NCBI GenBank assembly: GCA_016840425.1
Contig: JAEOSI010000021.1
Location: 1 to 17,806 of the forward strand
From: Candidatus Wukongarchaeum yapensis
GTDB taxonomy: Archaea > Asgardarchaeota > Wukongarchaeia > Wukongarchaeales > Wukongarchaeaceae
Direction of reading: 5' to 3'
DNA length: 17,806 nucleotides
The number at the start of each line of letters is the position of its first letter. Within the stretch, counting starts at the first letter, position 1. Position numbers and translations under genes: made by a program. Shown here in pieces: positions 1-7,091 of the stretch. The notes below the pieces were generated by a model. It made no database searches. It saw only the letters and a program-made list of their open reading frames with translations, and was not told the origin of the DNA.

Positions 1-185
1 TGAAGAGATTCTTCAACCATTCTTGCTACCTTAACAACATTTGGTCCGGTGACGATCGCTGCAGAATCTGAAAAACCAAGTTCCTTTGAGATCTCACCTG
101 TTAAAGAAATCACTCCTTCTCCCACAATTATCTGCCTTGGAAGCTCTATCCGATGTATGCGAAAAACCTGTTTTTTTTGAATCAT
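1..185 (-). CDS. egsA: NAD(P)-dependent sn-glycerol-1-phosphate dehydrogenase, 5' part (runs off window start; not in ORF track)
   Basis: Manual translation from ATG at 185: MIQKKQVFRIHRIELPRQIIVGEGVISLTGEISKELGFSDSAAIVTGPNVVKVARMVEESL. This matches the EgsA N-terminus (ELPR-x-IIVG-x-G, IVTGP). It is divergent from psmB. Confidence 0.85.
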   Translation of the reverse strand, partial: MIQKKQVFRIHRIELPRQIIVGEGVISLTGEISKELGFSDSAAIVTGPNVVKVARMVEESL

Positions 186-467
186 TTTATTAAACACCTT
201 TCAACCATTAAAAAAAATACGCCTTTGGAAAGGCAAAGCTTAAAAATGCATAAGTGAGTTTAGTAATCAGTTAGTATGTAAAACTTTTTATTAATTTACT
301 TTTCTTAAACCTTTCAAAAAATTGTTAACGGCAAATTGCCACTATAACTTATAAGAACGATAATAAATTTTAGGTAATAAGAAGAGGGTTTGATTATTTT
401 GACATACATTCTTGATAACGCTTTTATTAAAAGATTAATCAACGTTAAAAAAATAGGCCCCGAACCT

Positions 468-1145
468 ATGTCTAAAGAGTTTGAAAAAATGCATGAAGAA
501 GCGTTAAAAAAAGCCTTTCATGGCACAACAACTACCGGAATCGTTTGCAAGGATGGTGTTGTTTTAGCCACGGATAAACGCGCTACTTCAGGATCATTTA
601 TCGCCTCAAAAACTGTCAATAAGATATACAAAATTGGAAATCATTTGGCTTCAACGATGGCGGGAAGGGTAGCAGACGCTCAATCTATCATGGATGTAAT
701 AAGAGCAGAAGCGGCATTGTTCGAGATCGAGTATGAGAGGTCTATGCCTGTAAAAGCGGCATCAAACCTCATGGCCAACATTTTGTTTAGTTCAAGATTT
801 TTCCCTTATTATATCCAAACAATTGTAGCAGGAGTAGATGACGAAGGTTCTCATGCCTTCAATTTAGACTTTTTCGGGTCAATAATTAGAGAAGATTATA
901 TTTGCACAGGTTCAGGTTCAGCTATAGCTTATGCTATACTCGAAGAGAACTATCATGAAGACATAACAGTGGAAGAAGCATTACCTATACTCATAAGAGC
1001 TGTAAACGCCGCGATGAATAGAGATTCTGCTTCGGGCGATGGCTTTAACGCTGTAAAAATAACTAGAGAAGAAGGATATCAGGAATTAAGCAAGGAAGAT
1101 ATTGAAAAAATAATAAAGAAATTTATTAAAAAGAAATCGAAGTAA
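468..1145 (+). CDS. psmB: 20S proteasome beta subunit
   Basis: Propeptide ending FHG|TTTTGIV (catalytic Thr codon at 525), ATDKRA, GSGS and RDSASGDG motifs. ATG 468 (MSKEF) is preferred over the track start at 390. Confidence 0.97.
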   Translation: MSKEFEKMHEEALKKAFHGTTTTGIVCKDGVVLATDKRATSGSFIASKTVNKIYKIGNHLASTMAGRVADAQSIMDVIRAEAALFEIEYERSMPVKAASNLMANILFSSRFFPYYIQTIVAGVDDEGSHAFNLDFFGSIIREDYICTGSGSAIAYAILEENYHEDITVEEALPILIRAVNAAMNRDSASGDGFNAVKITREEGYQELSKEDIEKIIKKFIKKKSK

Positions 1146-1378
1146 AAAATTAAGGGAAACGTAAAACATTTTAAACCGCTTCGAATTAAGAATACATGTA
1201 TAATATCTCTAATTTCTAACTCACCTATTATTCTTTTAAAATCTCTAAAAGGGTTTATTATTTTTTTATTTTTTAAATGCCCTTATTGTGTTTTTACTTA
1301 AGCATGTCAAGGGAGTTTCAGCTAGTCTCTATTAGTATAGTCCTCATAGGCTAAGAGTCGTATAAAAGGGGAATTTAG

Positions 1379-3292
1379 ATGAATGCCCAGGAAGTTCTAA
1401 GGGAATTAAGTAAGGTTATTGCTCAGAAGTTAGCGCCCATAGAAATCACAAACATCGAGCTTGAAGGTCCTAACATCTGCGTTTATACGTCCGACGTCGA
1501 GCTTTTGGTAGATGATAAGGGGATCATTAAAAACCTTGTACGTACTTTACGGAAAAGAATAGTTACAAGGCCTGATCCCCGTATAAGGAAAGATGAAGAA
1601 GACACTACAGAACTAATAAAGAAAATAGTTCCAGAAGAAGGAGGCATCACCAACATAAACTTTGATCCAAATATGGGCGAAGTAATAATTGAGGCAGAAA
1701 AACCAGGTTTAGTCATAGGAAGGCACGGAAAAACTTTGAAACAGATAATCGAAGAGACTTATTGGCGCCCTCGCATAGTTAGAAGTCCGCCTATAACATC
1801 AAAAGTGGTGTTATCCACCAGACACTTCTTTCGGGCTGAAAGTGAAACAAGGAAAAACATTTTGGGCAGAATAGGTCGACGTATTCATAGGACGCCGATT
1901 TCAGAGAACGGATGGATAAGATTGATAGCTTTAGGCGGTTGCAGGGAAGTAGGTAGAAGCGCGTTACTACTTCAAACAAAAGAAAGTTCAGTACTCATCG
2001 ATTGCGGCGTAAATGTCGGCTCCTCCCTTCCATCTACCTGTTTTCCTCGCCTTGATGCGCCAGAGTTTAATATAGAAGAGCTTGATGCAGTGATAGTAAC
2101 CCACGCCCACTTAGATCATTGCGGGTTTGTACCTTTCCTTTATAAATACGGGTATGAAGGGCCAGTTTATTGTACTTATCCTACAATGCACTTAGCATAC
2201 TTACTGCAAACAGACTATGTCAGTGTGGCGCAAAGGGAAGGGAAACTGCTTCCTTATACCCCTAGAGAGATCAAAAAAAGTTTACTTCACACAGTACCCC
2301 TGGAATATGGTAAAGTAACCGATGTTGCGCCAGATATGCGCTTAACCTTTCATAACGCGGGTCACATTTTAGGTTCGGCGATAGCTCATCTTCACGTAGG
2401 GGATGGACTTTACAACTTAGCATTTCTCCATGACTACAAATACCTAAGAAGCAGGCTTTTAGATCCTGCAACAATAGAATTTCCAAGGTTAGAAGCCCTC
2501 ATAATAGAAAGCACTTATGGAGGACCAAAAGACAACCAACCCCCAAGAAGAGATTCAGAAAAACAGTTAGTAAACATCGTTAATCAAACAATAACGAGGG
2601 GAGGAAGGGTTTTAATGCCCGTGCTCGCTGTAGGGCGTGCTCAAGAGCTTATGGTAGTTATAGCAGACTATATGCGAAGAGGAGAAATGGTGGAATGCCC
2701 CGTTTATATTGATGGAATGATCGGGGAAGCTACTGCGATACACACAACACATCCAGAATATCTTTCAAGGGATTTAAGAGACCGTATCTTCAGATCTGAC
2801 ATAAACCCCTTCCTAGCAGAATATTTCGTTCAAGTTTCAGATGTCCACGCAAGACAAGATATAACCGAAGGAGAACCAGCAATAATCATGGCTACAAGCG
2901 GCATGCTTACAGGCGGTCCAAGTGTCGAATACTTTAAACTATTATGTGAAGATCCGCGAAACTCCATAGTATTCGTGTCATACCAAGCCGAAATGACGCT
3001 GGGAAGAAAGATCCAAAAAGGCATAAAAGAAATACCTTTAAGACGAGAAAACGCGAAAACCTACGCAGCTCGCGTAGAGATGGAAGTTCACACCATAGAA
3101 GGCTTCTCAGGTCACAGTGATAGAAAAACTACCCTAAGATACATACGCACAGTAAATCCAAGCCCTGAAAGAGTAATATGTGTCCACGGAGAACCAAGCA
3201 AATGTGTATCCTTGGCCAACGCTATCAAAAAAGTGTTACGGAGAAGCGAAGCTATGGCACCTGAAAACCTAGAAAGCATAAGATTAAAGTGA
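1379..3292 (+). CDS. fttA: aCPSF1/FttA, KH-domain beta-CASP ribonuclease (transcription termination factor)
   Basis: 637 aa; KH GxxG motif (GLVIGRHGK), MBL motif HAHLDH, AGHILGS, FSGHSD and HGE beta-CASP motifs. Confidence 0.97.
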   Translation: MNAQEVLRELSKVIAQKLAPIEITNIELEGPNICVYTSDVELLVDDKGIIKNLVRTLRKRIVTRPDPRIRKDEEDTTELIKKIVPEEGGITNINFDPNMGEVIIEAEKPGLVIGRHGKTLKQIIEETYWRPRIVRSPPITSKVVLSTRHFFRAESETRKNILGRIGRRIHRTPISENGWIRLIALGGCREVGRSALLLQTKESSVLIDCGVNVGSSLPSTCFPRLDAPEFNIEELDAVIVTHAHLDHCGFVPFLYKYGYEGPVYCTYPTMHLAYLLQTDYVSVAQREGKLLPYTPREIKKSLLHTVPLEYGKVTDVAPDMRLTFHNAGHILGSAIAHLHVGDGLYNLAFLHDYKYLRSRLLDPATIEFPRLEALIIESTYGGPKDNQPPRRDSEKQLVNIVNQTITRGGRVLMPVLAVGRAQELMVVIADYMRRGEMVECPVYIDGMIGEATAIHTTHPEYLSRDLRDRIFRSDINPFLAEYFVQVSDVHARQDITEGEPAIIMATSGMLTGGPSVEYFKLLCEDPRNSIVFVSYQAEMTLGRKIQKGIKEIPLRRENAKTYAARVEMEVHTIEGFSGHSDRKTTLRYIRTVNPSPERVICVHGEPSKCVSLANAIKKVLRRSEAMAPENLESIRLK

Positions 3293-3330
3293 AATACACC
3301 TTCGAAACGGTGAACTCGAGTAGAAAGCTT

Positions 3331-3858
3331 TTAACAAGTGGTTTTAAAAAACAAATCCCCCGTATGATGCAAAATAATCACAACCCTACCTTTATCCTTA
3401 TTTTTCACCATTTTCTCGATGATTTCCGCAGAAAACACACTAGTACCAACCGCTAAAGGCTGCCCATGATTCTCATCAACAACAACCACCAAACTACCTT
3501 CCATAAACTCTCCCTCTATCCTAACCACTCCCGGAGCCATTACATCCGCCCCATTTACAACATGCGGAACAGCCCCCATATCCACAACAACCCTTGGCAA
3601 CGACTTACCCCACCCGTCTAAAAGCGCATATATCGAAGGAAAAACATCGCCAGAAAAGTTAAAAAAACGAACTTTCTGCCTCACAACAAAAACTTCTTGG
3701 TCTCCCCTTCCTAAGTGAATTTTTTCAACTAAAACACCCTTAGGAATAAGACCTTCAACATCTTCTTTAGGGTAAAGTTCTTTTATTCTCTTACGTAAAA
3801 TTTTTAGCCCTTTTGAAGAAACAGCATGCCTCGCCTTTTTCAAATCTTTAACCGACAT
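3331..3858 (-). CDS. PUA-domain RNA-binding protein (MCTS1/Tma20-like)
   Basis: C-terminal PUA signature VVVDMGAVPHVVNGADVMAPGV...HHTGD. ATG 3858 lies 8 nt after a GAGGGG SD-like element; the track starts at GTG 3864. Confidence 0.9.
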   Translation of the reverse strand: MSVKDLKKARHAVSSKGLKILRKRIKELYPKEDVEGLIPKGVLVEKIHLGRGDQEVFVVRQKVRFFNFSGDVFPSIYALLDGWGKSLPRVVVDMGAVPHVVNGADVMAPGVVRIEGEFMEGSLVVVVDENHGQPLAVGTSVFSAEIIEKMVKNKDKGRVVIILHHTGDLFFKTTC

Positions 3859-4013
3859 TTGCACAAACCCCTCGATCTATTATAAATATGAAGGTTGGAA
3901 ATAAACTAACTCGCACTTTCACAAAGAGACTTCTGCAGATAAATCCCTATAGAAATGCTTGTCTATTGCATAATAAAATTTTTATCACTCCGATTATAAA
4001 AGTAAAAGCAATG

Positions 4014-4022
4014 TTTTTATAA
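4014..4022 (+). promoter_or_regulatory. Probable TATA box for the lsm-rpl37e unit
   Basis: TTTTTATAA preceded by purine-rich AAAGCAATG (BRE-like), about 65 nt upstream of the lsm start. Confidence 0.4.
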
Positions 4023-4086
4023 GGTTTTTAGCTATTAAGATGCAAAACAAAAATTATACCAACTTGAAACGTTGGAGCTTAAAAAA

Positions 4087-4335
4087 ATGAGCGAAATTAA
4101 CAAACCACTAAGTCTCTTAGAGAGAAGTGTCGGAGGGAAGATATTAGTTCGCCTAAAAGGCAACCGGAGTTTAAGAGGCACATTAGAAGCCTACGACTCT
4201 CACTTAAACCTCATAATAGAAAAAGCAGAGGAGCTTCTAGAAAACGGCTCCAAGGAGCTTGGTAGAACAATAGTTCGCGGGGACAACGTCATACTAGTAA
4301 GCCCTCCACCATTAAACAACAAACAAAAATTGTAA
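4087..4335 (+). CDS. lsm: Sm-like archaeal protein (SmAP1/Lsm)
   Basis: Sm1 motif (GTLEAYDSHLNL) and Sm2 motif (IVRGDNV). GGAG SD lies upstream of ATG 4087. Adjacency to rpl37e is a known conserved arrangement. Confidence 0.95.
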   Translation: MSEINKPLSLLERSVGGKILVRLKGNRSLRGTLEAYDSHLNLIIEKAEELLENGSKELGRTIVRGDNVILVSPPPLNNKQKL

Positions 4336-4417
4336 AAAAGATATTTCTCCCTTATCAAAACTAAACAAAATAAGAAAACAACAATAAACTAAGAAACAGG
4401 AACATTGAGGGACTAAA

Positions 4418-4591
4418 ATGGGAAAAGGCACGCCATCCTTCGGAAAAAGACAAGGAAAAAAAGTACATATCAAATGTCGCAGATGCGGCAAAAGAGCCTA
4501 CCATGTAAGAAAAAAGAGATGCGCAAGTTGTGGCTACGGCAAAAGCAGTAAGATCAGAAAGTATAACTTCATAAGACCAAATGCACACTAG
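4418..4591 (+). CDS. rpl37e: 50S ribosomal protein L37e (57 aa; below ORF-track cut-off)
   Basis: Manual translation [57 protein letters not shown], with a CxxC...CxxC zinc ribbon. Confidence 0.97.
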   Translation: MGKGTPSFGKRQGKKVHIKCRRCGKRAYHVRKKRCASCGYGKSSKIRKYNFIRPNAH

Positions 4592-4826
4592 CCAATACAC
4601 CCCATAAAAAAATAAAACCCCTCATCAAAAAAATCACCCTATCCTCTCCCTATCAGCTCGCAGTTTCTCCAAAACAATAAACCCACAAAAATAAACTCAC
4701 TCTAAAATTAAACTTAAAACTAAAAAACATAAACATTAAAAATAATGAAAAACCTACTCTTTACCAATTAATTGGAAAACTAATGTACGGGCCCGTAGCT
4801 CAGACTGGAAGAGCGCCCGCTTGGCA

Positions 4827-4848
4827 AGTAATAAAAAACAACCCGAAA
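4827..4848 (+). other. tRNA-Ala intron 1, canonical 37/38, 22 nt
   Basis: BHB motif: central helix TTGG(4821-24)/CCGA(4843-46), bulges CA|A and AA|T, inner helix GT/AC. Confidence 0.9.
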
Positions 4849-4864
4849 TGCGGGAGGCCGCGGG

Positions 4865-4905
4865 TGGCTGGCTGAAAACGCCGTTACATCAGCCATGTCC
4901 GCGAA
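4865..4905 (+). other. tRNA-Ala intron 2, non-canonical 53/54 (T-arm), 41 nt
   Basis: Central helix CGCG(4859-62)/CGCG(4900-03), bulges GG|T and AA|T, long inner helix including GGCTGA/TCAGCC. There is no outer helix, so this is a relaxed HBh' motif. Confidence 0.9.
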
Positions 4906-5030
4906 TTCAAATCCCGCCGGGTCCACTATGATATCCAGCCTCAGGGGGGAATTATTCCCCTCGGGCCCTCCAATGCCATTTAATCATTTTAAAATAAAAT
5001 AGAAAGAGGAACCCTTAAAAAACAAAAAAA

Positions 5031-5037
5031 TTAATAA
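5031..5037 (+). promoter_or_regulatory. Probable TATA box of tRNA-Val
   Basis: TTAATAA after an A-rich BRE-like run, about 28 nt upstream of G5059, implying a short GGGC leader. Confidence 0.45.
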
Positions 5038-5077
5038 CTATTGATGCAAAAGCTTTTTGGGCGGGCGAGTGGTCTAG

Positions 5078-5112
5078 AGCCCGGACGGTTAATCTACTGC
5101 TTGGGCGGGCAG
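5078..5112 (+). other. tRNA-Val intron 1, D-loop 15/16, 35 nt
   Basis: BHB: central helix GTCT(5072-75)/GGGC(5107-10), bulges AG|A and AG|C, inner helix GCCCGG/TTGGGC. Confidence 0.85.
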
Positions 5113-5120
5113 CCCGGTTA

Positions 5121-5145
5121 ACGTTATCTTAAAGAAACGGTCGAA
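5121..5145 (+). other. tRNA-Val intron 2, 21/22, 25 nt
   Basis: BHB: central helix CGGT(5115-18)/GTCG(5140-43), bulges TA|A and AA|T, inner helix CGTT/AACG. Confidence 0.85.
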
Positions 5146-5167
5146 TGATACTGCCCTGACGTGGCAG

Positions 5168-5182
5168 TAGTGTCATGCCGCG
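5168..5182 (+). other. tRNA-Val intron 3, 43/44 (start of variable loop), 15 nt
   Basis: 15 extra nt between the anticodon stem and T-stem. Of the registers 42/43 to 47/48, only 43/44 gives a 4-bp central helix (TGGC 5162-65 / GCCG 5177-80). The flanking helices are weak. Confidence 0.7.
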
Positions 5183-5257
5183 TGGTCCCCGGTTCGAATC
5201 CGGGCTCGCCCACCACTTTCCTGATTTCCTATTTTAGGTTTTTTTCGGTGGTTTAGA

Positions 5258-5452
5258 ATGCCTAGAGAACTGTTTGATCCTGACGAATTTATGGAAATAA
5301 TGGAAAGGGCAACTGAATGCAGGGTAAAAAGAAAAGGCGATATAGTGAAATTAAAGTTAAGAACAAAGCGTATGCTTTATACGTTGAAAGTAACTCCAGA
5401 AGAGGCGGAAGTTATTCTTAGTAGGGTGAAGGTCCCAGTTATTGAAGTTTGA
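5258..5452 (+). CDS. rpl38e: 50S ribosomal protein L38e
   Basis: 64 aa with the L38e signature MPRE...VKLKLRTKRMLYTLKV; GGTGG SD upstream. Confidence 0.92.
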   Translation: MPRELFDPDEFMEIMERATECRVKRKGDIVKLKLRTKRMLYTLKVTPEEAEVILSRVKVPVIEV

Positions 5453-5462
5453 TATAGTGGAA

Positions 5463-6395
5463 TTAAAATACCATTGTTGTTAATAGAATTAAACCTAATC
5501 CACACAAAATCGGTAGAGGTAAACCGGGTAACAATCCCTTTTTTTCTAATATTTTTAGGGTGATTATTGAGCCTATTATTATTCCTATTATAGCGCTTAT
5601 GGTTGTATAGGGGAAGGGTTCTATGATAATCGATTCAGCGACTAGCATAGCATAAAAGGTGAGATCTCCGATCCCAAGATCGATTTCAGAGGTTGTAAAA
5701 ACAAGCATTGGTATATCGCCCTTTTCCTCTTTTTCCCCTTCTTCGGCCGTTAACTCTACAATTCGCTTTATAGGACCCCTAAACACTGAATAAATGTCGT
5801 AAAAGGAGAGCCCCAAAAGTATCAGTACTGCGGACCATAAAGGTATTGCTACACCAAGAAAAGCACCGAGCAGAATAGAAAAACCAAGTATTGCTGTGTT
5901 CCTGACTTTCTGTGATAGTTTTTGCGAAACAAAAGCAGTTATAACTACGCCTGTTATTATAAAAGCGATTAAAATCAAGATTAAGGCGATAAAATCGTTC
6001 CATAAATCAACATATTCAAAAACAGCTCCGATAAAATAAAGAAATGTTAAAAAGCAAGACATACCAACAACGATTCCTAAAAACACGCGAAAAATGCTTG
6101 CAACACCATACTTCAATAAAAAGTAAACAAAAGTAGCTCCTACTAAAGCTAAAGAGACATAAAATACCGCGTTTATCGTGGCAGATGTGATTTCCTCTCC
6201 TTCCTCCTCTTCGACTGGTACAGCACTTAGTTCCTTTCCATAAACTTCATCACTAATAAAGGATAAAATCGCTGCAATAATCACGACAAAAACTATTGGA
6301 ATACAAAAATAAAGAAAAGTTTTCAGGGATAGCTTGAAAGTTTTCTCTTTCTCCTCTAGAGGTCTATCTTCCGAAGAACCATCAGACAATTTCAT
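5463..6395 (-). CDS. Presenilin-like GxGD intramembrane aspartyl protease (A22)
   Basis: Multi-pass hydrophobic protein with both catalytic motifs (FYDIYSVF and LGIGDLTFY) and a PAL-motif variant LPGLP. ATG 6395 overlaps the amzA stop as TGATG. Confidence 0.92.
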   Translation of the reverse strand: MKLSDGSSEDRPLEEKEKTFKLSLKTFLYFCIPIVFVVIIAAILSFISDEVYGKELSAVPVEEEEGEEITSATINAVFYVSLALVGATFVYFLLKYGVASIFRVFLGIVVGMSCFLTFLYFIGAVFEYVDLWNDFIALILILIAFIITGVVITAFVSQKLSQKVRNTAILGFSILLGAFLGVAIPLWSAVLILLGLSFYDIYSVFRGPIKRIVELTAEEGEKEEKGDIPMLVFTTSEIDLGIGDLTFYAMLVAESIIIEPFPYTTISAIIGIIIGSIITLKILEKKGLLPGLPLPILCGLGLILLTTMVF

Positions 6396-6946
6396 CACTC
6401 CATAATTCTATCGAGTTTTTTCCTGCAATTATCACAAAAATCCGGTTGTTTGTAGTCCGTATCTTCTATCGAATTAGAAAAGGCCATAGCACATCTACGC
6501 AACTTACAGTGTCTTAACCCCATACAATGTCCTAGCTCATGGACTGCCTCTGTTAAAGTACGTCTCCTAAACAAATCTTCATCATAAGGCAAAAAATAGA
6601 ATGAAGGATAAAGACGGCATAAACTGATAACAGCACTGTTTCCAGGACATTGCGCTAAGCCGAAGATAAAATTAAGAGGATCCGTATAAAGATCAACCTT
6701 TGTCACGCCTAGAGTAATACGCTTTTTTTGCCTGCTATAGCCTCTAATGATTTTAAGAAATATTTCTCCCTCATACTGTTTCCTTTTAGGATTATAGGCA
6801 GAAACTGGTACTTCAACTACAGAATCAGCAATCTCGCAAGGAAGATGAAACCTCTTTTCCAAATTTTCCTTAACATAATTTAAAAGATCAATATCGGCTG
6901 GTTCACCCTTTTCTATTCTCAAAAGAGAAATACGACCTAATTTCAT
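6395..6946 (-). CDS. amzA: Archaemetzincin (M54 zinc metalloprotease)
   Basis: HELGHCMGLRHC-x4-C-x-M...CDNC fits the archaemetzincin HExxHxxGxxHC...CxxC pattern. ATG 6946 is preferred over the track TTG at 6955 on SD spacing. Confidence 0.95.
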   Translation of the reverse strand: MKLGRISLLRIEKGEPADIDLLNYVKENLEKRFHLPCEIADSVVEVPVSAYNPKRKQYEGEIFLKIIRGYSRQKKRITLGVTKVDLYTDPLNFIFGLAQCPGNSAVISLCRLYPSFYFLPYDEDLFRRRTLTEAVHELGHCMGLRHCKLRRCAMAFSNSIEDTDYKQPDFCDNCRKKLDRIME

Positions 6947-7091
6947 TGAAAACAACCTTAAAATTTTATTCCAATCTTTGATTATTTGATTTTACAAAAA
7001 CATTTATGCTAATATTCATATTATATTTTTATATTTTCTAATTTCAAACTTCCTAATTTCATTCTTGGTTTGAAGGAGGAGCGTTTTATTT

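Larger units (their letters stand above)
4789..4925 (+). tRNA. tRNA-Ala(GGC) with two introns (37/38 and 53/54); CCA not encoded
   Basis: Acceptor GGGCCCG/CGGGTCC with the G3:U70 Ala identity pair, discriminator A73, D-stem GCTC/GAGC, anticodon stem CCCGC/GCGGG, anticodon GGC at 4823-4825, T-arm GCGGG-TTCAAAT-CCCGC after intron removal. Followed by CTA rather than CCA. Confidence 0.95.
5063..5215 (+). tRNA. tRNA-Val(GAC) with three non-canonical introns (15/16, 21/22, 43/44); CCA encoded
   Basis: Exons 5063-5077, 5113-5120, 5146-5167 and 5183-5215 join to a 78-nt cloverleaf GGGCGAGTGGTCTAG-CCCGGTTA-TGATACTGCCCTGACGTGGCAG-TGGTCCCCGGTTCGAATCCGGGCTCGCCCACCA. Anticodon GAC at 5158-5160, discriminator A73. 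Confidence 0.92.

Noticed and set aside
3297-3312. CACC-TTCGAAAC-GGTG hairpin resembling a tRNA T-arm or a bidirectional terminator
   Set aside because: It lacks the G53-C61 pair and the rest of a cloverleaf, has only a 4-bp stem, and has no adjacent U tract.
5059-5066. Alternative tRNA-Val 5' end at 5059 (GGGCGGG) giving C8, suggestive of Methanopyrus-type C-to-U editing
   Set aside because: Starting at 5063 gives a perfect GGGCGAG/CTCGCCC stem with normal T8, so GGGC is a leader.
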